Shown here: piece by piece, positions 1 to 13,947 of the stretch
Layout: the number at the start of each line of letters is the position of its first letter
How positions within the stretch are numbered: position 1 is the stretch's first letter
NCBI GenBank assembly: GCA_951406725.2
Contig: OX597817.1
Span: 22,940,001 to 23,004,000 of the forward strand
Length of the DNA stretch: 64,000 bases
From: Octopus vulgaris
Taxonomy: Eukaryota
Direction of reading: 5' to 3'
Notes under the pieces: model-generated
Database searches by the model: none
What the model was told of the DNA's origin: nothing
The model's input: only the letters and a program-made list of their open reading frames with translations
Made by a program: the position numbers and the translations under genes

Positions 1-160
1 ATCAAAGAATGTATAACTGGATATAAATACTTTTGTGATAACCCGTACTTCACACAACAAAACTTATACAAAGTTTAACATTTTTTACATTTTATCTAAA
101 AAGTGAAAGCGGTCAACTCAATAAACATATTTTAAATTGCATTCTTAAAACTTCTTTCAG

Positions 161-245
<85 letters not shown>

Positions 246-280
246 TGCGTGCGTGCGTGTGTGTGTATGTGTGTGTGTGT

Positions 281-566
281 GGAGGCACACTGGCCCAGTG
301 GTTAGGGCGGCGGACACGCAGTCGTAGGATAACGGTTTCGATTCCCAGACCGGGCGTTGTGTGTGTTTATTGAGCGAAAACACCTAACAGCTCCACGAAA
401 CTCCGGTGATCCCCGCTGTACTCTTTCACCACGCTTTCTCTCACTCTTTCTTCTGTTGGCCTACTCGCTTAGCCAGCGGGGTGCCGTCATTCGAAGGCTA
501 AAACAATGCGAACGCATTGTGACCAGCGTTGTGTAGCAACATCTAAGGGTCTGGTCGGTCACATGA
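281..566 (+). mobile_element. tRNA-derived SINE (family A)
   Basis: Pol III A-box-like TGGCCCAGTGGTTAG and B-box-like GGTTTCGATTCCC. The head and body (GAGCGAAAACACCTAA..GCTCCACG) recur at 34614-34730. Flanked by microsatellites. Confidence 0.7.
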
Positions 567-621
567 TATATATATATACATACATAGTTTTTATCCAAAT
601 CCTGCTTCGTTTGTTTCACTT

Positions 622-669
<48 letters not shown>

Positions 670-879
670 CATATTCATAAAATAAAACAAAATAAACAGA
701 ATTTGTATAAAAATTTGTATAAATAGCTTGCGCCTCTTTTATGTATTCGTAATAAGCAAACCTCTGGAAACTATCGATACATACATACATACGTATATGT
801 GTTTGTGGGTGTAGGTGTGTAGGGGTGGGGGTGTGTATTTCATCATGCTGAACCGTTAATCCCTATATATATTTTGTCT

Positions 880-1045
880 CTCTCCGTTGTGTTTTTCGTT
901 CTTCCCACATTTTTTCCCCTATGAACCATTTCTGTCGAAGAGCGTTGGCACGGAACATTAAAGACGTTTTCATTCTTCCCGAACGCTAAACTAAAATACC
1001 TGCTTGTTCCATATCCTGCCTTCGTCTTTTGTCTTCTGTAAGTTT
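880..1045 (+). repeat. Short dispersed repeat with hammerhead-like motif (CTGTCGAA-GAGC..GCTC-GAAACGTT family), decayed copy
   Basis: Similar to 47820-47915 (+) and 53395-53500 (-). All share TTTCTGT(C/A)GAAGAGCGT and the downstream AAACTAA(T/A)A motif. Confidence 0.5.
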
Positions 1046-1081
1046 GAATTATGCATACATATATATGTGTGTGTGTGTGTT

Positions 1082-1126
<45 letters not shown>

Positions 1127-1143
1127 AAATATATATATATATG

Positions 1144-1187
<44 letters not shown>

Positions 1188-1724
1188 TACATATATTGAT
1201 ATTGATATATACGTTTATGTTTGTATATGTGCGTGTGTTTCAGTATGTGTGAGTGTGCATGATGCATATGCGTGTGCCTGTGTATATTAGTTTAGAGTCT
1301 TCTGGTTCATGAATTTTATGGAAGGTTATCATCACAGATAATCTTGCACACACACACACACACACACACCACACAAAAACCAAAATTGCATCTTAATTAT
1401 TGAATGAAAAACTGTTTTGTGCACAGTAGTGTTGATAAGGAAAATATGGGTAAAATACGTCTCCATGCATGTATGCGTACGTATACGTAAAATCAAAGGT
1501 TTGCAGAAATTGCAATCATCCAAAGTAAAAATAAAATTTAACCAAATTTTTATCTGAGCTATACATTAACAGTCGGATATCGATGAAAGGTAGTTTTAGG
1601 GAAAGATCACATAAATATATATATTTTAATTATTGAATGTGTTGTCGTTTGAAGACTATTGAAATGTAAAACGCAGCGAATTCTGAAACATTTGTCTGAG
1701 GGAAAGGAATTCAGGGGTGGGAGT

Positions 1725-1890
1725 AAGGCAATGACAGCGGACCCAGGGCTCAACTGGTACGTATTTTATCAACCCCAAAATGATGAAAGGCAAAGTTGAT
1801 CTCGCCGGAGTTTTGAATTAAAACGAAAGAAACGTCGAAATGCCGCTGAGCACTTTGTACGGCGTAGTAATTAGTTAAAGCTTGCCACTT
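1725..1890 (-). mobile_element. SINE family B (Meta-like domain), decayed
   Basis: Reverse complement matches the body of 2575-2810 (GATGAAAGGCAAAGTTGA..., CTGGTAC). Confidence 0.55.
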
Positions 1891-2089
1891 TAGCTAATTC
1901 TGAAACATTAAAATAAGTTTTTGAAATTTTCTGAAATATTCTTTAACAGCTGTTATATACTGCTTTTTTACAATTGCGGTAAAAATCATTAAAACAATAT
2001 GGGGCTTTGTATCATTGACAGAATCTAGCACCAGACCACAAAGGAAGAATTCAAATAATTAGCAAAAGCGAACATACATGAATATATCA

Positions 2090-2340
2090 AATGTCCTTCC
2101 TGAGACATAGACTCATAAGAACAGTTTGCCGGGTTCGGATGCGAATATATTCACCCCACCCCGAACAGGAAGCCGCTCCATCACACGATTGCTCACCCTG
2201 TGTTAGCCAACTGAGTGGGCTAAAGCCACGTTGAACGAAATATTTTGTTAGAAAGTACAATGCATTGTCCGGGCCAGTGATCGATTCCATAATCGTATGA
2301 TTATGTGTGCAAACCCTTGAGCACTAAGCCACACGCCTCC
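2090..2340 (-). mobile_element. tRNA-derived SINE, decayed
   Basis: Minus-strand head GGAGGCGTGTGGCTTAGTG... with a B-box-like ATCGATCACTGGCC. Related pieces lie near 35000-35110 and 39790-40115. Confidence 0.45.
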
Positions 2341-2574
2341 ACGTATACGCGTACACGTACTTATGAATATATATATATATATATATTTCTGATATTGTTA
2401 TATGTCTATGTATATAAACGTATATTTATTGTTCATAAATGTGAAGGCTGTCGACAGTGACTTCTAAGTTTCGGTTAGCTAAACCATCATCGAATATATA
2501 AATATATGTAAATATAAGAATATATATGCATGTGTGCATATATAACATAAGTATATATATATATATGTCATATA

Positions 2575-2810
2575 GCGGCGTGCTGGCAGAAGCGTTAGCG
2601 CGCCGGGCGAAATGCTTAGCGGTATTTCATCTGTCGTTACGTTTTGAGTTCAAATTCCGCCGAGGTCGACTTTACCTTTTATCCTTTCGGGGTCGATAAA
2701 TAAAGTACCAGTTTCGCACTGGGGGGGGGCGATGTAATCGACTTAATCCCTTTGTCTGTCCTTGTTTGTCCCCATCTATGTTTTAAGCCCCTTGTGGGCA
2801 ATAAAGAAAT
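2575..2810 (+). mobile_element. tRNA-derived SINE family B with Meta-domain-like core
   Basis: A-box TGGCAGAAGCGTTAG, B-box GAGTTCAAATTCC, and core GGTCGACTTT.CCTTT.ATCCTTTCGGGGTCGATAAA.TAAGTACCAG. Many copies in the window. Confidence 0.75.
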
Positions 2811-2850
2811 ATATATATGTCATGTGTGCATATATACATCCATCTATATA

Positions 2851-2915
<65 letters not shown>

Positions 2916-4093
2916 GCACACACACATTTATTTACATATGCATATGTATGCTCACACTCTCTCACACACATATATGTATATGCCTTTGTTGTGTGAATTT
3001 TAATCAACCCCCCACTGACCAGCATGCTGGCATTCAGAAAGAAACATCAGGTAAATACATTTAATGACGACCCTAACGTAAATTCAAACACATTTAATTG
3101 TAAATATGAGTAACTTTCATGATATTTTATTTATTTTTTACACCATAAATGCAGGAAGTCGAATCCATTCCATCAGTCAGGCCCTCCAAGCTATTAAAAA
3201 AGGAGAAAAAAAAATTGAAGAAAAATCAATAAATATTCCAGAATAAAATGAGAGTAGAAAAAATTATACATATAACGACGAAAAAGTTAAAACACTGAAG
3301 ATTGGAGAAACATTTGCTCTAAGAAAATATAATAGCTGACTGGTTTGATAACAAAGAGAAGGTTAATCAAGCATTTGACTTCAACGAAGTGTGAAACCTA
3401 GAATTTAATTATCTCAAGATGCACTGCTGAATGGTTTTAGCGAAGATTTAAGAAGATTTTAGAAGCAAATAGACATAAACCCGCATGTTTAATCAACTAT
3501 TAAACTAATTAACAATGGCGAAATAGGCTATTAAAGAAACAGTTCTGGAAGTAAGTTATATCAAATGAAAAGAGCAAAACAGATTAATTAATAAAAATTA
3601 ATTAATCAATAAAACATTAAGAAAAGTAAAAAGAAAAACAAATGAATTCAAGTGTAAAAAATGCAGTAAAGAAATAAATATATTAGTAAGTGAAAAATAA
3701 ATAAAGATACTTAAAGTTTTATCGGGAATGCCCAGAAGACTTGCGCATTCATTTATCTATTTTGGGGCCGATAAAGTGTCTAATCTCTATCGCAGATTTC
3801 ATATTCTCGTTTAGTTTCTTTTTGCTTTTATTCCTGAGATCACTGAACTAGATTATAGAGGAATAGGTCAAACGAGACAAAAGAAGGAAACCAACAGTAA
3901 AGACAAAGAGAAAACAAGTGAAATAAAGTAATTATTGTTTAAATTTTTCAACAGACGCACACGCACGAGGCTGCGTATGTTCGTGTTTCAGTATAGCTAT
4001 GTATATGTATGTATATATGTATATATATATATATATATGTCTAAATACATACATATATATATATATATATAGACATACACATATATATATATA

Positions 4094-4136
<43 letters not shown>

Positions 4137-4193
4137 ATATTTACACATATATATATGCGAGTGTATGTATATACAGATGCATATACATACATA

Positions 4194-4254
<61 letters not shown>

Positions 4255-4408
4255 GTATATACGCACTATATATATATATATATATTATATATATATACAT
4301 ACATATATATGTTTGTATATATATATATATACACATATATATGTGTGTGTATATACATATATATATGTGTATATATATATATGTGTGTATGTGTGTGTGT
4401 GTGAGTGC

Positions 4409-4457
<49 letters not shown>

Positions 4458-4859
4458 TATATGTGCATGAATGAAAGAGAAAGAGAAAGTGAAAGAGAGT
4501 GAGAAAGAGAGAGAGTTGAGCTTAATTAGGGTGATTATGCAGTAGGCCAGTAGCGTGGTGCGATAAAACATATTATGAAGTTTCATAATTCTACTGCCAT
4601 ATTGTAAACACTGCGTTTTAAGCGTAATATATAAATTTTATATTGAGATGTTAATTTATGTTAAAATAGTCTGGTGCACGAAATTGTTACTGGATTCTAT
4701 GCCAATGTATATCACATTACTGAACACTACGAAATCTTGAAATTTCCTGCTCCATTTTAGTCTATTAAGTCTTGGCTGTCTCCATGAGGAGCCAGAAACA
4801 GATGACTATTACTCCTTACCCCCACAGGACATGGTCAATGTAGCACCGACTAAAGCGAC

Positions 4860-5330
4860 CCCTCACATTTAGCATGTCTCCTTAGCTACCCAATCGTACT
4901 AAACACAACAACTGTCAAATGAGATCCACAGGAACACTCTCCTTCATAAACCAGTAATTCCTCAACTGTTTACGAAGCTGAAGAACCTCTAGAGAGATAG
5001 GTTGTGCCTTTGCCAAATCCCCTTCAGAGAACAAGCAACTGGGAAAGACAAAGAGGTGCCCCTCTTCGACGCTACAAAGATTAGCAAAAGTCTATTATAA
5101 AGCAGTCCAGCGTCCGACTTCCTGATTTTCGAGACGACCGAAATCAACCGACAAAACATAAACATCAATGTAATATTCTTTGAGAGATAAAGAAAAGCAG
5201 CGGTGAAACAACGGCAACGGAATGTCAGTCAGCTGGAAACCTGAGCAACTCAACACGCATTTGTGGCCAATGCAATCGTGTGTTCTACGTAAGGATTGGC
5301 TTCCTCATCTACATTCGCCATCAGCATTGA
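4860..5330 (+). mobile_element. RTE-like LINE 3' remnant
   Basis: Degenerate translations resembling an RTE C-terminus: ..GKRQRGAPLRRYKD.. and a terminal CGQCNRVFYVRIG motif. Contains stops and frameshifts. Confidence 0.45.
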
Positions 5331-5684
5331 GGATGCAAATATTCGTCTTGAAAGAAAAATCAACCGACGATTCCAGTCTACACCCAGAACCACGCTAATA
5401 ACTTAGGAGTGAAGTCGATTTTTGATAAAACTTTTCCCCGCGGGTTTGCACACTATGGCAACGCCATTGTTATGCTTTCGTTATTCTATGTAATGTCCTT
5501 TCCTTTTTCTTTCAGATTCTTCAGTTTTGGGGTGAACGACGGTAATAGCCCATCTAGACAACTTTTTTTCAGAAAATAAAGTGTAATGATACATATTAAG
5601 CACACATTAAGTATATATTTAACAGAAAAACATAACAATATTCTTTTATAGTTCATGCAGAAGGACCAAAATTTTAGGGAGGAG

Positions 5685-5855
5685 ACCAGTCGATTAGATC
5701 GACCCCAGTAAGCAGCTGGTACTTAATTTATCAACTCCGAAAGGATGAAAAGCAGAATCAACCGTGGCGAAATTCGAAATCAAAACGTAAAGACAGACAA
5801 AATACTGTTAAGGATTTCGCCCGGTGTGCTAATGTTTCTGCCAGCTCGCCGCCTT
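5685..5855 (-). mobile_element. SINE family B copy
   Basis: Reverse complement of the family B head and core (CCAGCTCGCCGCC end; CGAAAGGATGAAA). Confidence 0.65.
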
Positions 5856-5899
5856 GAAAGACCTAATAATATTATACCGTTTATTGACATAATAAATTA

Positions 5900-6780
5900 T
5901 AGCAATATGAGCGCCATGGTCTGCCTCTCCTGCAGTTTTGATGGTCGCCCATAAGACATCTCCCGACGTAAATTGGCGTCCATTGGCATAAACGTCTTGT
6001 TTAATGATGGACCATAGATTTTCGCTAGGGTTGAGATCCAGAGATGCTGGCGACTATACAATCAACCTTTTACTTTGTATGCTGTAAGGCCCTAGTAATG
6101 TTTGGGTGCTCCTAACAGTGTGGGAGGGGATACGAAATTTATTAAAAGTGACAGTGTTATGTCATCTAGCCAGGGACCAAAGACTTCCATCAGGAAATTG
6201 CAGTAGGCGACTTCGGTCACTTTAACCCCGTCAGGCGCCAACAAGTCTGTCCCCAATGATACAAGCCCACAACATGACTACTACACCATGTTGTTGACGC
6301 TCATTTTCAAAATAGACCTAGCCATCTGCCGAACTGTCAGGTCCGTCAAGGGTCGCCTTGGTTTCGCCAGTGATCAGAACACAACACATGTCTAATGTCA
6401 TGTACTTTTGGTCCCATTGAAGCCTCCAACTTCTGTGACAGACCGATAAAAGAAGCAGTTTCAAGGGTTCTTGCACGGAAGCCATGGTCCTGAGAATGCA
6501 ATTTCTGGTGGTTTTGGTACAAGAGGAAGTCTGGAGGCGATGAAAATGGCCTTGCTTGTTTGTGAAGTTTTCCCACGTAACTTGTGGCCAATACCATTAA
6601 AACTCTAGCTGTCAAAGTCCTGGATGTCCCACAATCAGATCGTTTCTTCCTTGTCGAAGGCATTTTCAGGAATTGTCTGACTGTGATTTAACTTCGCAAT
6701 GATATCAAAGTGGTGCCTGTAGCACTTACCGTGTTGATGACAGATTTTTCTTTATCGATAAGGCCTCTTCAACATCCCAT
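5900..6780 (-). pseudogene. Tc1-like DD34E transposase remnant
   Basis: Minus strand at ~6005-6056 reads SPASLDLNPSENLWSI (Tc1 SPDLNPIENLW motif), and a VMLWAC-like segment lies near 6260-6280. Heavily disrupted. Confidence 0.6.
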
Positions 6781-7218
6781 TTTTTGTAGAGATGAGAGGC
6801 GCTATTAGCGCCGTTCAACGACAGCTGAAGAATCTGAAATAAAAAAGAAAGAACGTTACACAGAATAATGAAAATATAACAATAATGTTGTCATAGTGTG
6901 AAATCCAGCTGGGAAAAGTTTTATCAAAATCGATTCACAGAAAACCTAGAAATCCTAAATTTTACCCCTAAGCTATTAGCGACGTTCTGGGTGTATTTTA
7001 CATTACTCTCCCTTTCTCTCTCCTTTCTCTCCCATTATAGATACATACATTGTCATGCAGTCAATGCCATTGACTTTTCTACGCAAGAATTGGTTTACGG
7101 TGTTATCAATGGTATCACCACACAGAAAGACTTCAGCAAAGAAGAAAATAAGTACTCGGATACGAGATACTGTATAACCGACGACGACGACGGTTAATAC
7201 ACAGAGGCCTTGTGCATA

Positions 7219-7271
<53 letters not shown>

Positions 7272-8061
7272 CATATAATATAATATAATATAATGTAAGT
7301 CCCGTTCTCTGTATATGTGAGTGGGTGTAAAATATTATAATGGTCGTATTTTTCAATTGGTTTTCACCAAACTGGGAACATACATTGCTTATGTTCCAGG
7401 GGTAGTTTTAGATTCTTAAAATTTGTCGGGTGATGAATAACAGGCCCCCTGGGGGCAGAAAGCACCCGTTCCTGGGTTATGTGGGGGACGGTGGTAACTA
7501 TTTGAGAAGTAACCTTCAGAAATTGATAGTCTCCCTTACATCCATTGGTCATAAAATAATATAAAAAATATTACTTTTGATATTAGATTCACGTCTTTGA
7601 AAGTTTTTAAAAATATTTACTTCAGGGCTTCTAGCGTCAGGGACGTATATATCTCTCTATCCATCTCTCTCTACCTCTCTATATATTTCTATCTTGTTCC
7701 TTCGATACTGGCTCTTTGGCTTAATGAGAAATTTCGCTTCAACCTGTACAATTCATTATTTTTCCGTAAAATTTCATATTTACTTTCTGCCCGTCGAATT
7801 AAGAAATATAATTTCCGTTACTGAGTTATTTTCATTGTTTATTATTTTCTGCACCTATGTATTTCTGTATACGTATAGAACCATGCCTTGAGTGTCAAAT
7901 CTGTCTACAACGTCAAGGTCAGCCAAAAGAATGTCTCTCTCTAGCTAAAGATAGCCAGTTGCAGAAATGGAAGCATACCAAGCAACGAACATATATGTAT
8001 ATGTTTATATACGCACACATATATCTATATACATATATGCATACATACACAAACATATATG

Positions 8062-8133
<72 letters not shown>

Positions 8134-8536
8134 CACACAGTTGCGGTATCAGTTGGTGTACCACGCTTGAATCCTCTACGGGTAAAAGTTTTTCACCACT
8201 GTCAATAATGGTGTCCTGAGTTGTAAATAAATCTCGATTGACAGAAACAGTGAAGTTCGACGGATAAATTGTACCTGTGATTCGAAGTATCTGCTTAGTC
8301 ACACTGTGTCACGGTGATTGTAATTGAGATTTATATTAGTCTATGAAGCAGGCATTCATTTACATGTGATTCTGATGTAGAAGAATTTCAATTGACGGCG
8401 CAAATGAAAATACTTATAGATGTAAATTATATACACATATGTAAATATGCAAGTGTATGTATTATATACATGTGTGTTTATGTGTTTCTGTGTACGAATT
8501 TTGTGTGTGGAATGGTGTCTGTGTGAACGTAAATTA

Positions 8537-8595
<59 letters not shown>

Positions 8596-9379
8596 TTGTT
8601 AGCACCTGGTCGCTTCAAATATAGTATCATTTCATTAATCGTAATACTTGGTTACTTTAGTGTATCCTATTTAGCCTAATTATGTGGAAGTCTATTTAAT
8701 GACAAATAACATTAAAACGCCAATGTAGATTTCAGTACACGATGAAATAGGAAAGAATAATTGTTTTTAAGCAATTATATTTTATTCATCGGCCGGTACG
8801 GAAGACAACTCCGGAAGTGTTTCGCTTTGTTGAAGGCATTCAACGGAAATGTAAGCTCACCGTATCTTGCCGAATTATTAGAAATCAAAGCGTGAAGTTA
8901 ATACTATATTGTGAGAGTATCAGCATTCGTATCCTATTTAAAATGTTCCAAAGAAAAGAAAACATGTAATAGATTTGTATTCTATAGGTAAAGGGGAGAA
9001 TAATTATTTGATTAATTTAACAGAGTATAAAAGAAATTTTAAACAACGTATACACTCAATCACACACTCGCACACAACACGTACGCATACACAAACCAGG
9101 TCTATGTATATCTACATATTTATGCGTGCACATGTTTCCTTGTGTAGGTGAAAATGGCCGAATGTTTAAAACATTCTCTTCACAACAACTGATACCCGAG
9201 TTCGATTATATTCGGTGGAAACTTGTTCAAATCTTACTTTCTATAGTCTCTATATTGGACTCTTGGATACGTTTGTATATATATATATATATATGTAGGT
9301 CCAGAGTTGAGTCGGGGTTAACCACAGTAAATAAGGTACTCAATACATAGCAGAGTAAATTAATTTATTTTATAGAAGG

Positions 9380-9430
9380 AGCTTCTACAGGACTAGAACT
9401 GTTTCATTCAAAAGAAATCATCAGGAAGCT
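9380..9430 (-). ncRNA. Type I hammerhead ribozyme (predicted)
   Basis: Minus strand: AGCTTC-CTGATGA-tTTCttttGAAt-GAAA-CAG ttctagtc CTG-TA-GAAGCT. Stem I AGCTTC/GAAGCT, stem III ACAG/CTGT, GUA cleavage triplet. Stem II is weak. Confidence 0.65.
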
Positions 9431-9453
9431 AGGTGACAAGAATCTTGTCACCT

Positions 9454-9503
9454 AGCTTCCTGATGATTTCTTTGAATGAAAGAGTTCTAGTCCTGTAGAA
9501 GCT
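9454..9503 (+). ncRNA. Type I hammerhead ribozyme (mirror copy, one stem III mismatch)
   Basis: AGCTTC-CTGATGA-TTTCTTTGAAT-GAAA-GAG..CTG-TA-GAAGCT. Confidence 0.5.
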
Positions 9504-9716
9504 CCTTCTATAAAATAAATTATATATATATATATATATGCACTACTATTACTCCATTTAGGTTTCTACTCTTATTGTTAATCGCGTTAAACTCTCAGGT
9601 TTGTGTGTGTGGATTTGGTAGACAGAAACAGAAAGAAGCCCGTCGTATATATGTATACGCATATGTATGTGTGTTTGTGTATGGCCGTTGTCAAATGGCT
9701 GAAACAAGTAAAAGAG

Positions 9717-9749
<33 letters not shown>

Positions 9750-11436
9750 GGGGTACTGCGCAGTGTCAGTCGGGCTATTAGGTAATACAAAACGTATATC
9801 TATAATGAGAGAAAAAAAGAAGAGGGACTTGAACTTGATTCTCGTTTAATACATCAGTTACATATGTTTTGTTTTCGGTAACACATGCTGTTAAACTATT
9901 GGATGCAACTTATAAAGGTAACTCTCATAAGCAAACACAACTTCAGTTAGGTAAACGAGAAATATAAGATTCGGAAATACGCTTATTCAAAAATCACTAA
10001 GAGTAGTAGAATAAGGCTTCCAAAAGAGAAAAAATAACACTCATGAAGAGAATCAAAACACTGCCTTACAACGTCTAGATTAGAGTGGAGAGATGTTTAG
10101 TCATCTCCATCGATACACGCGCTGTCATCTCTTGGAAGATTTATGTAGCCTTACAAAAACACTCGTTCCTTCAATTATTTTATGAGATATGAACATTTTC
10201 CCGTTTACCAGAAGAACTTAGAAACTAACATATGCCCACTACAGCCCTCTGTATCTTATCTACTGGTGAGAATTTCGAAATGTTACGTTCTTTGTGTTCT
10301 TAAAGTACTGTTGGCTTCTTGATCATTTGTTGTGTAACCTCCTGAGACCGGTCACAATTAATAACTTCTAGGTTCTAATTTACTGTCTGTTTCTAAGATT
10401 GTCCATACAATTATATAAAGTGAAGTCAATTACATATATTTTAGAAGGCATCTCCTCGTTTTATAGAAGCCAGGTTTATTATTTGTAAAAGTTAACTTCA
10501 GTTATTGTAGGAGCCATCTGTTGCTGACTTAAAAGCTGATAGCTGCTGTTATATAAAACATAACAAGTATGTGTGGTCTGATGCATTTCTTTAAAAATTT
10601 GTACCGACTAAAAAGCCAAAGAAGCGGTATTGAGACATGTGACATCATGGTAAACGAAATCCACTATAATCTCATAGCTTCTCTTATTAATCGCAGCCAA
10701 TTCTTCCGTATATCACATCCGTTGTTAATGTAGCTTTTGAATAGAGAGTAGGAAAATGCGGAGAAAATTATAGAGTAGTTTTCACCTCGAGAATGCTCGT
10801 TTAGGACTGATCAGGTATTAAACGACATCTAAAATTGCAGCTTTAGAAAAGGCTATAATTATATGAAAGAGGTCTTAAATATTTAGGTTGTAGTCTATGC
10901 ACTAAATCCACAGGACGCACTGCGGCAACGAAGGAAAGAAGTCGGCGTAAATGATACGAAACCATGCATAATCTTCTATAACACCAGAACTATAGGAAGA
11001 TTGCTGTAGTCGAGGTGTGATAATTGTATCCGAATTATCAAACACCATATGAGTAGGTTGGTGTTAGCTCGTCAGACTAAACACATCCGGCACATATGAG
11101 TTCACAATTATCATCGTTGCCGCTGCTGTCACCATCACAACCTACTTCACTTCACAACGAAAGTGACTGCCATGATCGACATCGCCGTATCAGTGTCTTT
11201 GGAGTCTTACCAATCGATCTCGTCAACTATGTGAAAGCACACACACACACAAACACACACACACACTAACACACACACGCACACACACACTCAAACGCAC
11301 ACACTCAAATGAACACACACGCACACACGCACAAACAAATAAACATATGCACAGTTATATGTGAATGTATATATAATTATATATTTGTATGTATATGTGT
11401 ATCTGTATCTATCTAGTTCTCTCTGCCTCCCTCCCC

Positions 11437-11473
<37 letters not shown>

Positions 11474-11582
11474 CATAAATATACACATATGCATCTACTT
11501 ACAATTACATATATTTACACACATATACGTATTTGCATTAATATATATATCAATATATATATATATATAAATATAAATATAT

Positions 11583-11645
<63 letters not shown>

Positions 11646-12109
11646 CATGTATACATGTATATATATATTTATACATATATGTATATATATGTGTGTGTGT
11701 GTTACATAAGTGAGGATATAGGGATGAATGAATATTGTATACCTCAAGGATTAATGTCACAAATGCAGTGAATTGCATCATAATTGATAATCTGGATCAG
11801 CTATTAACACGTTACTATCTCTACAAACTCAATCGGCACCAGTGGGCGAGGAATAAGAATTGTTCGTATTACGCATTTCCCAAGAGCATTGACGGAATAA
11901 GTGTAATAATTACAAACTAAAATAGAATTTGAATTAAATATTGCATTCTACAGAAAGTTACCACCTGTGTTATGGTGCAACAAGCAATATATCACTTTTA
12001 AATACAGGCATATCCAGCACACATGCGAGATAATAGTGGAAGTAATTTATACAAGCATAGAAACGTAAAATGTTCACGTACAACTATCTCTCTCTCTCTT
12101 TCCCCCGCT

Positions 12110-12194
<85 letters not shown>

Positions 12195-12357
12195 ATATAT
12201 ATATATATATGTGTGTGTGTGTGTATACATATAAATATGTATGTAAGATATTATATACGTATATATATATATATATATGTGAGAGTGTGCGTGTATGTGA
12301 GTTTGTATGCAAGACACGCACATCTGTATGAATATATATGTATTCACACACACACAC

Positions 12358-12440
<83 letters not shown>

Positions 12441-12504
12441 CACATGCATATATACCAATATGTATCTGTCTGTCTGTATGTATGTCTCTCTCTGTCTCTC
12501 TCTG

Positions 12505-12595
<91 letters not shown>

Positions 12596-12827
12596 TACTT
12601 CTAATATAGGATAAAATATTTTTCCAGTTGATTCAATATAGAGATAACGAATTTCAAGAAAAAATTCTGTTAACTTGCCTTTCTCGATTTCAGCACGACG
12701 TGTATTTATGATGAATGTATATTGTAACGTGGGGATTGACAATTTAAAGTCTATTCTCAGCATATTGGCATACAAAACTTTTTTTCTTTTCTCCTTGTTT
12801 ATAAATTATATATATATATATATATAT

Positions 12828-13898
12828 ACAATTGCAGCGTGGGAGGTGTTTATAAGCCATTTAAGAAACACACAAAAGCCGTTCGATTCACTCCAACATT
12901 TAAGTTTAATTTGTCAAAATATTTTCGTCGCTAAAATCCGCGACCTGTTCACTGACAAAGTCCGTGCTGCATCTAAGAAAGTAACAGTTAGTTCGTCATA
13001 TATATGTATGTACGTATGTATGTGTGTATGTATGCATACATGTGTGTATGTATGTACGTATTCATGTCCGCACATACGCCTGTGTATGCATGTATGTATG
13101 TATGTATGTATATATGTATGTGTGTGTATAAGCACGCACATACACTCTATAAAACATAAAGTTATAAACCTGTAGCGATGGATGGATGTAGAGTGACCAC
13201 TCATCACAACGCTATCAAATTTCAACTCCCTACGGCCGAGGCTAGAAAGTGAATTTATGACGCTTGCTCACAAGAACTATACCCTAAAATCTATTATCAG
13301 ATTTTTATCTCTATATCACAGAACTAATGTTTTACTATTGTTCGTATGTATGTATGTATGTGCGTATGTATGTATGTATGTATGTATGTATGTATGTATG
13401 TATGTATGTATGTATGTATGTATGTATGTATGTATGTATGTACATACGTACGCATGTGCGTATGTATGTATACGCGCCCGTATGCATGTGCCCATGTATG
13501 TGTGTGTGTACATGTACGTGCGTATGTACGTGTGTATGCCCATACGTAGGTATGTATGTATGTTTGTATTCATGTGCTACGTATGTATGTGAGTGTCTAG
13601 GAGAATGGGCAGATGTGTCCGTGAGAGTGTGTACATGTGTATGTGTATGTGAACGTATGTCCGTGTACTGGCATGTGTCCGTCCAAGTTGTGTACATGAC
13701 TGTTACTTAGCTGAAGGTTGTATACATATTTACATATATGTTTGTATAGACGCACACACATATATATATATGTGTGTGGGTGTGTGTTTGTTCCTCTCAT
13801 CGTCGTCTAACCGTGAATGGGTACAACGCCTAGGTGCGACTGTTCGTATCAAACAACGTCTGCTCATACCGTTGTATATAACTGCACATACGCATTGC
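12828..13898 (-). repeat. Inverted pLTR copy
   Basis: Reverse complement of 15807-16865 and 20084-21126, differing mainly in (CATA)n tract length. Confidence 0.9.
12910..12959 (-). ncRNA. Minimal type I hammerhead ribozyme, G3-C8 core variant (pLTR copy 1)
   Basis: Minus strand TTTGTCA-GTGAACA-G-GTCGC ggatttta GCGAC-GAAA-ATAT-TT-TGACAAA. Confidence 0.7.
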
Positions 13899-13947
13899 AA
13901 CCTGTATGTAAGGACTACAGGTGAAAGGGAGAGAGAGAGAGGGGTGG

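Larger units (their letters stand above)
9361..9522. repeat. Near-perfect palindrome (~80-bp arms, 1-nt spacer); inverted pLTR-like mini element
   Basis: 9361-9441 is the reverse complement of 9443-9522 with two differences. The unit (~9295-9522) is flanked by (TA)n. Confidence 0.9.

Noticed and set aside
281-360. tRNA gene
   Set aside because: The A/B boxes continue into a repeated SINE body with no intact cloverleaf. The same applies to the other SINE heads.
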